A stretch of DNA of 63,044 nucleotides, filler included, from Intoshia linei (Eukaryota; Animalia; Orthonectida): NCBI GenBank assembly GCA_001642005.1. It is 8 parts of 8 records of this genome, joined end to end, with 100 filler letters (N's around TTAATTAATTAA, not from the genome) between each part and the next. Parts side by side here need not be neighbours in the genome. Positions count along the whole stretch, not along the records: positions 38,118 to 49,702 come from LWCA01001165.1; positions 49,803 to 57,974 come from LWCA01001475.1; 6 more parts are not named here. One strand, written 5' to 3'. The notes under the pieces were generated by a model that made no database searches, was not told the origin of the DNA, and saw only the letters and a program-made list of their open reading frames with translations. Positions 38,118-51,435 of this stretch are shown here, one piece after another. How positions within the stretch are numbered: the stretch's first letter is position 1; each line of letters starts with the position of its first letter. Both the position numbers and the translations under genes were made by a program.

Positions 38118-40209
38118 TATTGCAAAGGATTGTAATATAAAAATGATATTAACAAAGTTTTTTTAGTTTCGCTGTTTAGTTTCTTATTTAAATTTGAAAT
38201 TTAAAAATTGCGTAGCAATGAAAAAAATTTCGAATAAATGAATTATATAGATTTTCACCCATACTTCTTTATTGGAAATGTGTAGACGTACAATGCACAT
38301 TTTTTTTGAAATTGTAGGATCAATATTTACATTTCAATTTTTGATTTTAATCGAAATATTTGAAAAATATTGATTAATAATATATTAAAAATTATTTTTT
38401 ACTGGGAATGCGTAGATTTCTGGAATTGAAATTTTATATTTATATCAACTGGAATAAGCTCTATCAGAATTGTAGTAATATCCGGATAAAAGAGGAATTG
38501 TATTTTAAAGTATAAATTTATAGGAATAAATTTACTTTAATAATAAAGCTCGTGTTATATAAATGTGATTATCGTTTAAGTGTTGATATCGTTATTCTTG
38601 TACTTTGTTTATAATAACTTTATTATTCTTGTATTGTGATATTATAGCAACGCTACAAGAATGATTTTTTTTTTTTAATTTTTGAACCGTTAATTATTTC
38701 ACATTTTTTGTTTTAATAAAATATTTCGGAAAAAAAATTTTAATACTAAAATGCTTTTTTGGCCGTGAAGTCGTCACTTATTCGGATTGAAGTTTTTTAT
38801 GTGTGTTAACAAGATACAACTGTACCACCTGTGAATTTTTTGAAATCTTAGGGCTGTTTTCATTAAAAAAAGAAGGTGGTTTTAACCCTGAAGATATAAT
38901 TTTTTTAAATTTAAATTTATTATTATTATTTGGTTATTTTTTTTTTGTTTTTTTTTTTAATTTTCGGATAGTTAATTATTTCAAATTATTATTTTAATAA
39001 AATATTTCGGAAAAAAAATATTTGGTCGTTTCATAAGTAATGTCGTTTTTTTAACAAAATTAAAAAGTTTATTTGATTACATTAAAAATAAAGTTATATT
39101 CTAAAATATTCACCATTGCTTTCCACAGTTTTTTCCAACGTTCCGGTAGTCTATTTATACCATTAGCATAAAAACTCGCTTCTTTATTAGACAAAAACTT
39201 TTCTATGTCCACCTTTAACTCTTCATTTTAAGTGTATTTTTTATCATAGTAATGGTTACTCATAGCTTTAAATAAGTAATAATCAGATGGTGCTAAGCCT
39301 GGTGAATACGGTGGATGTGGTAATACTTTAAATTTTAACTCCTTTAGAAGCTGAGAGGTTTTTTTAGAAGTGTGAGGTCTAGCATTGTGTTGTAGAATAA
39401 TATTGCCCTTACAAAACTTTAGTGGTCTTGTGGTCAGGTAAATATTGTGATTTAATTTTTCTCATCAATCTCCCATATGAAACTCATTAAGTAAAATATG
39501 TCTGATATGACCATCATAATCATCCAACTTGTTTCTCTAAATGGAAATTACTCTTTTATCGAATACACATTTTTTATATTTCGTAAAAATAAAAAAATAA
39601 CGCACTTACAGTAAATATTCGTAAAGATATAGTTATTTATAATAAAGTTACAATAAAAACGACATTACTTATGAAACAACCTAATATATGAATACTAAAA
39701 TGCTTTTTTGACCATGAAGACGTCACTTATTCAGATAGAAAATTTTTGTGTGGGTTGACAGGATAAATTTTTTTAAATTCTACTGCTGTTTTCATTAAAA
39801 AAAGGGGGTCATTTGAGGTTTTGGCCCTGCAGATATAATTTTTTTAAATTAAAATTTATGATAATCTTTATGATTTTAAAATCCGTATCAGCGTATATAT
39901 TTTTTTAAATTCTCCAACTCGTTTGATTTTCAAAAAGAGGGACAACTGGGGTTTTTAACCCGTAAGATGTGGAATTGGGAAATTGAAATTTATCTTATTA
40001 TACGTACGTAACTGTAAACTGTAAAAAAACTGTAATTGAAATGTAGACTTTTAAAAAATTCTAAGACTGGTAGTTATTGAAATAAACAATAACACACACA
40101 GAAACAAATATTGCGTGGCATATTATAATATGTTACTAATATTATAATATTATGTTATATTGTATTATGTTATAATATTATAATACTTATATAATTATAT
40201 AAGTAAGGA
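38118..40209 (-). mobile_element. Helitron-like family sequence interrupted by a mariner element
   Basis: Reverse complement of the family consensus; 5' TC end at 40209. Confidence 0.7.
39021..39684 (-). mobile_element. Internally deleted mariner transposon
   Basis: ~30-bp TIRs (TT(T/A)GGT(C/T)GTTTCATAAGTAATGTCGTTTTT) with TA TSD. Minus strand encodes HIRHILLNEFHMG and LQHNARPH...VLPHPPYSPGLAPSDYYLF...GINRLPERW...NGEYF. Confidence 0.92.
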
Positions 40210-40516
40210 TTTGTCTTTATATTTTAAAATCTAATGTATAGAATCGACTACAATTTAGAATTTTGCATTCTGAGTGTTTTTTCATCATACTAAAATAATA
40301 AAAATCGGGAAGGTCGTCGTGGAAACATTGTCTGTAGGGGCATTGACGACAGTCTGCATGTATATTTTTTTTATGTTATATGGGAAATTTGTATTTTTGA
40401 AAGTGGAATGAAATTCAGCATCACTGAATTTCGGTAGTAGACCAATTATTTTAATTTAGACAATTACATATAACGATATACAATCAAAATAATGATTATT
40501 ATTTTTTGATTGTTAA

Positions 40517-41619
40517 CCTTTTAGTGCTTGCGCTTTTTTAAAACTTAAATAGTCGCAAAGGTCAAAAATGACCCACATTAATGAATGAAAAATATATAAA
40601 ATGCAATAAAAATGTCAGTCGTAAAATTTAATTGTTTGAACTATTTAATTCTATACAAGTTTACAAATTAAATAAAAATGGTTTCTACAAATATATGCAT
40701 TGCATAATTCACACATATTCTTAGTTTTCTTTTTATTACTATCACTACTATATAAATGACACCTTTGTCTTTTATTTTAGGTATTGGAAAAAATTGAATG
40801 ATTACAATAATTAGTGTTCGCGTTATGCATACCAGATTGATATCTCGATTTAAATTGATTTTGACATAAAATTATTTCCAATTTCATTCAAGAAAACCAT
40901 GGAATTCATTATCTATACATTTAGCATCTCTGGTTCTGCTATATTTGTGTTGTATAGAGATTATTTTGATATTTGTGGACTCAATATCAACAATATCATT
41001 AGTAAAAAGTAACCTGAAGGAATTTAATATTGAAATATTGTTTCTGTCAAATATAGTATTTTGTGATGAATTAAATTTAGTAAATTGTCCATTCGTGGAT
41101 TCAAGTTTGCTTTCATAAATTTTCCATTTAGTGATATCATCCTTTCCAATAAATATTACATCATCAATATCAGGCAAACATTAATCCGATTCACTCAGAT
41201 GATCACTAAAGTATTTATAATCTGATTCATCTTCACTATTCGAATCAAATATATTGTCTTCTTCATCTAAGAAAATATTATAGATTCTATAGAATTCATG
41301 ATTTTTAAATTAATGTAATGTAAAATTTAATTATATAATATATATTATATATTTAATATTTACAGTAAATATATATGTAAAATAAAATTCAATAATATAC
41401 ATTTTCATAGTTTTTAGCTGTGAAAAAATATATGTACTGAGTAAACTCAACTCAATACAATAAAAATTAAAATAAATAATAAAATTTAAAGTGTCACTTT
41501 TATTGCCTTATTTTTTATTGTTATTTTATGACTATAAATTAATTTATTTAGCCAATCGTGTAAGACAAATTTTATTCATAAATATGGGTCAAAAATGACC
41601 ACATGCGAGTAGTGAAGGG
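40517..41619 (-). mobile_element. Internally deleted piggyBac transposon
   Basis: TTAA flanks, CC(C/T)TT..AAGGG termini, subterminal GGTCAAAAATGACC at both ends. Acidic N-terminal remnant (..FIGKDDITKW) and C-terminal Cys-rich remnant CELCNAYICRNH (about 40680-40715). Confidence 0.85.
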
Positions 41620-44600
41620 TTAAAGGTAATACGCCACTTTAATAATTAAAGTGACTTATAAAAATGCCTATTCTTTATGATTTATTTTTTTTAACATTGG
41701 TTTCGTCAAAATGTCTATCATTCTTAAAAAAATTCTCGGAAGGTCGAAAAAATGTTTGAAAAATTGTTGAATAGTGTAATATTTTTACCATAATATTAGT
41801 TTATTATTCCATATTAAATAATTTTGTTTTATTGAGTTATAAATTTTATAAATTTACCAACAAATTAGCAAATAGGAAAGTTAAAATTTAGTTCAGCCCA
41901 CTAAAATATTTTTTAAGTTATAAAGTTCAAACACAATCAAGAATACTTACAATTGATTATAAACTAGCTTGATTGTTTTGTACTTTGTACAAAGATTAGT
42001 GGGCTCTTACTAGCTTTTAAATAAATATAGTTCGACCTAAATCAGAAAGTTGGTACTGTCTTGCAGGACACTACAACCGATCTCATCATCAACAATGATT
42101 ATTATTTTTTTTGTGTTAATGTATGATTTTAATTATAATCGATTTTTAAACAAAATTATTAAGTGAATAATAAATCATACGTATTATTATTGTAATTTTT
42201 TGTTTATTATGAAGCAATTGATAAAAAATAAAAAAATCAATATTGTATTATGAGTCCAGTTGTCTCATAAGAAATTGGATATCAACCCTAACAATACTTA
42301 TTAATATATTAAAAATTAGGATGCTTACATTCTTTATTAAATTATCATGTTTTGAATTACATGGCTGCAATTTTAACGCTATATTTAATCATGTACGTAT
42401 AATATACTCTTTTTAAATTTTCAACAAGAAACCATTTCACAATTATAGTACAAATATTATTGTAGCAAAAATTAGTAATTGCAAATCATCACTCAACAAG
42501 AATAAAAATAATAAGCTTAATATACTTTATGTACCTTTACAGGGAGAAGCATATTGAGACAATGGTGTGTAGTGGGGATTATCCTCCGTTTATGTAATAT
42601 TAATTTCTTATCAAGTATTCACCTATTAAATGTAATTGTAACTAAAATTTATAAATACATTTCCACATGTTAATAATTATGACAATAATAACCTCAATTT
42701 TTGACAGTTTATAAATTATACAATTTCATATTGCAGATAATGTTATTTAGTCCAACAAAATTTATGAAATTAATGTGTTTACATAATGGCAATAAATTTT
42801 ACTGTTACTAAAATCAATGTAGACGCAAATAGTATATCAAGCATGAAATTAATTATTTAATTATTCGTAAAATTTAATTGTATTTCATTATATTTAACTT
42901 GCAATTTATTTTCACCATTTATTTCTTTAAATTGTTTTGATACCAACTGGCAAACACATGCAAAATTTATATTTTACAATTTGCCACTTGTAAAACTGTT
43001 ACCTGTTTGACAGAATATAATTAATCAAGGCTGTTAATTAATTAAAAATAACTTGTGAATATTTATAAGTTTTTGTTCTGAACATGGACGTGTTAGTGCC
43101 TCCTTTTTAAATTTAGTTAATTAACATATAAGTAATACTTACTAAGTATTAAATTCATCTTAATGAAATATGCCTTTATATGATCCTACATAAAATTATA
43201 ATTTCATCTCTCCGGCCCATATACAACTATGTCCCTGGGAATACATACCAGCATTGATGTATAATTTAAATTGTATGCAGTCAAATCTAGAGGCAGAGCC
43301 GGACCTACCAATCTTGAGGCCACCGAAAGTGAAAAATAAGCCCCCTAAAAAATTTGTAATTGATATTCGATAAAATAAAATGGAAAAACACCACAGTCTA
43401 AAAAGTGGATAAAAAATTTAATAATTGGCTTTTTGTGATGATATTTAAAATGGAAGGATTATTAATTTTCACACAAAAATGGATGTATATAATGTCATAA
43501 TTTACCATCATTTTTTGGGGAAATACTATTTTACATACATGTAGTTGCATTAATAGGAGAGTATTCTTTTAATATATCAAGATTAAAATATAAATCGCAC
43601 CCTTTTTTAATAATATTGCTCACTTCTCGGTTAAGTGCATTTTTTTTAATGTTTCTATTAGTATTGTAAACATGTGCTTAATTACATTGATTTCCCGAAC
43701 AATATGAAAAAAAATATTAATATGTAACATATTTTGTGTTTGTTGTATGTTTAAATTTGTATAGCAGATTATACGTTTCCTAATCACGTATGTACGTTGT
43801 TGAATTCAAAACAATCAATATAAATAATCTTAAAATAATAGGAAAAAATTAGTTAATATGCTTCACTGATTATATCTGAACAAGTCATCCCTGACCAATG
43901 GTCAGTGACCATTTACGATTCTACTACTATTTCTAATTTTTTCAAGTTGTTAATATATTGTTTAAATTACTTATCTTTTTTTAAACAATATTTTTTATGA
44001 ATACGCTATTTACAATTAAATTAATGATTAAGTGATTCTGATATATTCAAGTTACAGTATATTTATAATATTAGTGTCTAATTATAAAATATTTAAATTA
44101 TGGTAACGGCAACGGTTTGCAGTAAATTCAATAACAGCTTGTGTTACTTGGGTAATTGGTTTTGGCCCTGAAGACATAATTTTTTTAAATTTGTTTCTAG
44201 TTCAATTTTTTTGATTTTTGCTAAATTATATGCAATGCATACTATCCATTGAATACAATTTAAATACTATAAAGTTGCAGAATTCGAGAAATTAAATTGT
44301 TTATAAAATCCCAAAATTTAAACAAGAAACAAATTTAAAAATTTAAACTGTATAACTAAACATGGAGAACAATATTATAAAGTCAATAACACGTTTAAAA
44401 ACTCAAACGCCAATTTCAGTTAAAATGAAGTTCAGTTTTAATTTCTCCATAATATTTTTAGTCATATTTAAAATGACAAACGCAACTCAAATAGATAGCG
44501 TTAAATGTTTTTGATTGCAAATTAGTTTTTCTATTTTAAAAATACACACTTTTAGTGCTAATTGCCCATCGAATTCTAAAATTTTCGAAAAAATGTGACA

Positions 44601-45222
44601 CCCTAATATACATATAACGTGGTAGTATAACGAATGCTATATTTTAACACATGACGAATAAATGCAGTCAAATTAAATTTGAGAAATTATCTTTAAAATA
44701 ATTCATTTGATTAAATTAGAGCTTATCTCGGATGTAATAAATAGGTCATATAAAAGTCATTAGTACATTTTTTTAATGTTATAAATGATACAATGAACTA
44801 TTAAATCCGAGTTAAATTTTAATTCTTTCATGTTGAATAAACTATAAATAATGTCATCAATATGAACCTTTTGTTTTAGTTGAAAAAAACAATAAAACAA
44901 AGTTATAAACCTGATAAATGTTTAGAATTTAAAAAGTAAAAATACAGGTACAATTAACTCAATTAGATTAAAACAGTCTAATATTAAATAAATCTATATT
45001 GTAGATTTTACAATAATTACTAGTCTACATGCATTTCGATAAGTCTTATCAAAAGATAATAGATTTTAATTCAATCTAAATAAAATGAGACGAGCGATAA
45101 TTCAAACATTAAAATTGTGATGAATAAATTGTAAAATAATTGATGATTTTATAGATTTATTTTCAACAATTTAAATTAACATATATTAGTAAGAATAATT
45201 AGATTTCAAAGCAGCAATAAAC

Positions 45223-46123
45223 TTAAGCCATTAATATCAAAGTGAACATGATTAATGATAAACCAATGATGGACATATTTTGGAAAGCTGCGCTGGTAGC
45301 TAATAAATAATAATATAATTAATAAAATAAAAAAGCAACTATCAACACATGTACTTGTTTCATTTTTCCAGGTACAGGATCCAATGCAAGTATTGGTAGA
45401 TCGATCAGTACATGTAGGGGTAGCTAAACAAGATATATTCAAGGATTATAATTAAACTACCCTTGCAAGTTGTAGTTACAGCAGTATCAGTGATTTTGAG
45501 ACATTTGCTGCAAATGTCTTTACGATCTTTGCACATTACACAGTGTTCATCACTACAGGCTAAAACAAAATTAAAATTATTAAACAATACTTTTACCTTC
45601 GCAAGTTTTATCAGTAGTAACTCTGTATCCATAATAGCATTTTGTGCATTCTGTTCCATTGTCACAGTCATCGCACTGGGCTGGACAGGCTTAAATTAAA
45701 CAGTTAGAAAAAGTTGAAACACGCAAAATTACTTTGACATACTCCGTCCTTATCTTTGAAATGTCCATCCATACAATCACATTTATTATTGCGTTCACAG
45801 ACTAATTTTTTTGCAATTTCACATGTTACAGAGCATACTAAACAAAAATTGAAATTAAAAATTACTCATTAAAAATAACTCAATAAAAATAATTACATTC
45901 GCATGCAAAATCTCCTTTTTCTTCTTCTTCTGAGGTAGCTTGATATCCAGCTTTACATATGCATTCGCCGTTAATACAATCTCTATTTTTGCCACTATCG
46001 CAAACTCCTTCACATCCTAAAAATTTTATTGCAATTATTCAAGGTTTATTTAATTTTACCAATTTGGAACGATACGTTCACTAGTTGTACTAATAAAACA
46101 AACGTGAATAATGAGTACTTCAT
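45223..46123 (-). CDS. Secreted, probably GPI-anchored Cys-rich surface protein with EGF-like and furin-like (CxxC) repeats
   Basis: Seven exons (46060-46123, 45897-46016, 45733-45837, 45597-45689, 45461-45559, 45340-45423, 45223-45299), all phase-1 introns. Signal peptide MKYSLFTFVLLVQLVNVSFQ; CINGECICKAGY, KCDCMDGH, CPAQCDDCDNGTECTKCYYGY; C-terminus TSAAFQNMSIIGLSLIMFTLILMA*. Confidence 0.88.
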
Positions 46124-47234
46124 TTAAATTTTATGTTAAAAATGTTTAAACTGGATGTAACTTTGAAAAGATTTGAAAATCTGGTACAATGACAATTATG
46201 CTAGTATTAATTTGGTTTGTTTTACATAGTGAGTGAATTCTCCATATATACGATATATTATTATAGTTACGATACTATTTATTCTCATTTTTCAGCAACA
46301 TAATAGCTCTAGTTTTAGCACTCTGCGTTAATCGTCTAATACAAAAATACATTTTTACTTTAATTTTATTCTACTAATCAATAATGCAATGTATTCCTGG
46401 CTATCAAAAATGTGATACTGCGTTGTTCTAATTTAATCAATACATAACCAAACAATTTTATAAATAGCTAGCCATACACTTTTATCTTGCAATTGTCTAG
46501 TTTTTGTTAAATTTTTGTGCTGTAAATTTATCAATGCCTCAGTTTACATTTTTTAACATTATCAATTTATAAATTGGCTTTGAAATTACACATGTTTATT
46601 ACAAATAGAATTTACGTAAAATTTAACAATGATATTAGCAATGGTAATGTCAAATACATATTAGTTAATGTACTTTTGTATTGCATATTTTATATTTTTT
46701 CAAATTTATCATTTTTATTAGATTATTTTACAAAATTTAACTAGTTTTTAGTAAGAGTGTACTATTTATATTTACCGTGAGGTGGTTAAAACGTCTAATG
46801 TGATTATAATTTTAAACAAAAGAAAAGTCCAGACTAGACCAGATGGTCGCTTAAAATTGATATACGATAGTAGGATAATACTCATAATTACATTATTTTA
46901 CTTCACATTTGATAATATGGATCAACCAACATTTGTTTATGTTTAAACTTTAATAGTGCCACATATTTGTTTTGAACTTGGAAATATTTGATATTGTATA
47001 CTTATAAACATTAAACTTGTCCTACAATTTATTTAATTGTATAAATTGCATAATAAATGGTATATCATGATCAAAACACTGTCAGCAAAAGCGGATCGCT
47101 TTATTTTCAGATCTGAAAAACTAAAGTATCTTGATATTTTTTTATCACAATTAAAATTACGATAAAGATGAGTTATAATGTTTAAAATAAAAAAAATGAA
47201 AATTTTATTTATAAACAAATGGATATAACAAATA

Positions 47235-47738
47235 TTACAGTTTAGATGGCTCATCAAAACAATTATCAGAATCTAAAGCAGAATTTGAGTCCCAAATAGG
47301 ATTACTTATTTTATGAGAAATGAGAGAATAAATTCTTTTAAAATTATTACTATTATTATTAACGAGTAATTTGGTTTTTTTGACAATTTTTTTAGAAATA
47401 TCCTTAATTTTACTCCTTTTTTTGTCTCTAAATTGAACATCTGAATTGATGTTATCGTTTAATTCAATTTCAGATTCATTAAATGATTCTAACGATATAT
47501 TGTCGTATTTGGTAGAATTTTTCATTAATCCAAACTTTTTTTCAATGTGTTCAATTGATATGATTATTTTTCTATCAAAATTGTCAATTTTTTTCAAAAT
47601 TCTGCCGGATAGTGTTTTTGGTATTTTATCATTTGACTCTATTGTATTATCTTTATCTATATTATTTTGTATGTTTTCTGTGTCGTCATCTTCACTCATC
47701 TCGTTTTCAAGTTTTATGCGATTAAATGAATTTGTCAT
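47235..47738 (-). CDS. Uncharacterised low-complexity 167-aa ORF
   Basis: Long open frame rich in N/D/K/S with hydrophilic protein-like composition; no domain recognised. Confidence 0.5.
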   Translation of the reverse strand: MTNSFNRIKLENEMSEDDDTENIQNNIDKDNTIESNDKIPKTLSGRILKKIDNFDRKIIISIEHIEKKFGLMKNSTKYDNISLESFNESEIELNDNINSDVQFRDKKRSKIKDISKKIVKKTKLLVNNNSNNFKRIYSLISHKISNPIWDSNSALDSDNCFDEPSKL

Positions 47739-48131
47739 TTCTATCTATTCGATATTATTTTTTAATTGTCAATATAGTATGGTAGAGTATAATAAAAACG
47801 CAATAAATGTAATACTGTCAATATTTAATATACATGTATAAATTATATTGACATTTTTTTTAAGATCACCCAAATATCATAACCACTATAGCAAATTTTA
47901 ATCAGTACAAATAAATATATGAAATATTTCAAATAGCTACAAATACGTATCATAAGTAACTAGGTGGTTTTGAAAAAATATTGCTTGCTTTGTTGATAAT
48001 GGTGTTTCTATATCTTTTTAAAAACTTTATAAATAACTTAAATATCAAAAATTTAGTCATTACAGTGTAATCTCGATATAGTCATGTTTCGATAGTGTCA
48101 ATCTCGTTGTTGGAAACTTTATTATATTGTA

Positions 48132-49433
48132 CTAGCTTGACTGTTATGTACTACGTACAAACAGCACCTAGCTCTGCCGAGGGCACATTTTTATTTATAT
48201 TAAAAAAATAAATTCATGTTGAAAATTACTGACTTAAAAATCCTACTATTCACTATTATCAATCCTTTGAAGAAGTGGTTCCCAAAATTGTTATAAATAG
48301 CATAAATTTCAAAAAAAATATAATTATAAAAACCTATTTTGTCATTTTCAATGTCATGACACATATTCAGTGCCTATTTAATAATACTTAAAAATACCAA
48401 TTGTGTATCAATAATTAACTGAATCCTCACTTTATAAACATTTCAGTCCAATTTTACCATTATTGCAAAAAATTGTAATATAAAAATGATATTAACAAAG
48501 TTTTTTAGTTTCTTATTTAAATTTGAATGTTTTAATAAAAATGTTTTAAAAATGAAAATGTAAAATTTAAAAATTGCGAAGGAATAAATTATATAGATTT
48601 TCACCCATATGTCTTTATTGGAAATTTGTAGACGTACAATGCACATTTTTTTTGAAATTGTAAAATCAATATTTACATTTTCAATTTTTATTTAACATAA
48701 CATTTTTGAAATATTTGAAAAATATTGGTTGATAATATATTTAAAATTATTTTTTACCGGGAATGCTTAGATTTCTGGTATTGAAATTTTGTCTTTATGT
48801 CAACTGGAATAAGCTCTATCAGAATAATCTTTTTTTTTAATTTTAATAAAATATTTCAAAAAAAAAATATATGAATACTAAAATGCTTTTTTGACCGTGA
48901 AGTCGTCACTTATCAAATTGAAATTTTTTATTTGTGTTAACAGGATACAACTGTATCATCTGTAAATTTTTTGAAAATTTAGGGCTGTTTTCATTAAAAA
49001 AAAAAGGGTAATTTGTGGTTTTGGTTCTGAAGTTATAATTTTTTTAAATTTAAATTTATGATAATGTTTATGATTTTAAAATCCGCATCAGCGTATATAT
49101 TTTTTTAAATTCTCGAACTCGTTTGATTTTCAAAAAAAAGACAATTGGGATATATATTTTTTTAAATTCTCCAACTCGTTTGATTTTCAAAAAGAGGGAC
49201 AATTTTTTTAATTCTCCAATTCGTTTAATTTTCAAAAAAAGGGACAACAGGGCTTTTTGACGAGTAAGATGTGAAATTGGGAGGTTGAAATTTATCTTAT
49301 TTTACGTCCCGGAAAAAACTGTAATTGAAATGTGGTCTTTAAAAAATTCTAAGAGTAGTAGTTATTTCAATAAAGTGGAACACACAGACACGCACATACA
49401 CTACAAAAATCACGTAGCCTTTTATATAAGTTA
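48132..49433 (-). mobile_element. Near-complete Helitron-like element with CTAG|T 3' end
   Basis: 3' end TCAAGCTAG|T preceded by the GTACGTAGTAC mini-hairpin; internal tandem duplication at about 49090-49250. Confidence 0.78.
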
Positions 49434-49909
49434 GTTTTGTTTAATTTATATAAAGGTATGTCCGCAGAAAGAAATTACATAGTTAGATTCTGTACAAAAT
49501 CAATTGATATACAAAATTACTGATAATTAAAGAATTTAAATTAAAATTTATCATTATGTTTGAACATTTTCTATGGCTATCCACATAATACATTTTAGTA
49601 TGATTAACAGTGGTATTACAGATAATGCAATGTAAATTACCGTCAACGTTTGAACTCATCGGATTTTAAACGCACTAAAAGTTCACCCTTGACAGTGTTA
49701 GCNNNNNNNNNNNNNNNNNNNNNNNNNNNNNNNNNNNNNNNNNNNNTTAATTAATTAANNNNNNNNNNNNNNNNNNNNNNNNNNNNNNNNNNNNNNNNNN
49801 NNATGATGATATAAAAGTTTGGAAATGTAAACATTATTTTGGAACAAAAAGTCATGTTAATATGTAAACATTATTTCGGAACAGGGAGTATCATTTTATA
49901 AAATAATAA

Positions 49910-50715
49910 ACGGTCGTACAATTAAAAAAAAATTATTTTGATATAGCTTATTTCAGTTGATATAAATACAAAATTTCAACAACAGAAATTAACGTATTCA
50001 TAATAAATAAAAAATTCGAAAGAATGAATTATATAGATTTTCACTCATATTTATTTATTGGAAATGTGTAGACGTTCAATGCACATTTTTTTTGAAATTT
50101 AGGATCATTTACATTTTCATTTTTGATTTTTACATATTATTTGAAAAATATTGGTTTTAATATATTAAAAATATATTTTTCACCGGGAATGCGTAGATTT
50201 CTGGGGTTGAAATTTTGTATTTATATCAAATGGAATAACCTCTATCAGAATAATTTTTTTTTGTAATTTTGGGACCATTAATTATTTCAAATTTTTTGTT
50301 TTACATAGATAGTTAATAAAATAGTTTCGAAATAAAAAAAACGAATACAATTATGTACTAAAGTGCTTTTTTGACCGTGAAGGTGTCACTTATTCAGATT
50401 GAAATTTTTTGTGTGTCTTAACAGGATACAACTTTACCACCTGTATTTTTTTAATTTTAGGGCTGTTTTGATTTAAAAAAAAGGTAATTTGTGATTTTGG
50501 CGCAGAAGATATATTTTTTTAAATTAAATTTATGCTAATATTTATAATTTTAAATCTGTATCAAAGTGTATATTTTTTTTAAATTCTCGAACTTGTTTGA
50601 TTTTCAAACAAAAGGATAATTGGGGTTTTTGACCAGCAATATGTGAGTTTCGGAGTTTGAAATTTATCTTACTTTCACTTCGGAAAAAACTGCAATAGAA
50701 ATGTAAACTTTTTAA
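49910..50715 (-). mobile_element. Helitron-like family copy (partial)
   Basis: Colinear with 48132-49433. Confidence 0.7.
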
Positions 50716-51435
50716 AATGTGGACGTTCAAATTTCGGTTATTTATGCAATAATGTTTATAAAATTTTCAATTTATTCGAAATTTGAACGTCGATAATAAC
50801 CATAAAAATCGAGCTAGAACCAAATTTTAAAAATTGAAATTTATAGTTAAGCGTGGGTGCTAAGACCATAAAATATAAACCATAACAACTTACCACAATG
50901 TTATTTTCGCAAAAAATAAAATTAAATTTAAATTTTTCTATACTACTTTCAAAATGATATTTAAAATAATGAGCGCAACTCGAATCGGCATCTTTGCAAC
51001 ACCCCATTCTAGATTATTTTATATATCATGATAATACACCATTTCCGCACTAACCGCCCTTAATTCTTTGATGAGTATGACACTCTAATGTATTAGGTAT
51101 AATATATTATAAAAATATGTAATATTAACTAGCGTTATCTAACCTTTTCATATGTAGGGCATCATGTTCTTTTAAATTTATAAAAAATTATCAATGAAGC
51201 AAAAACATTATTAAATAAATTTTAAAACTAATGAAAAATTAAAATCTTAATGTTAATCTTAATTTTTTTTAAAATTAGCTCTAATCAAGTTTATAAAGAG
51301 GTGGATTGCTAAAACGTAATAAAAATTGGAAAATAATTTAATAATGAATAAAATTAAAAATTACTATGCTACATTGTTTATTGTTACCAACAATTATTTA
51401 GTATTAAATGTATACTTTATAGAATAAATTAAAAA

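Noticed and set aside
42030-42600. Exon-like fragments faintly resembling a trypsin-type protease
   Set aside because: Stops in the suggestive frames and no catalytic motifs; too weak to call.
47446-47841. 131-aa plus-strand ORF
   Set aside because: Antisense shadow of ORF 47235-47738.
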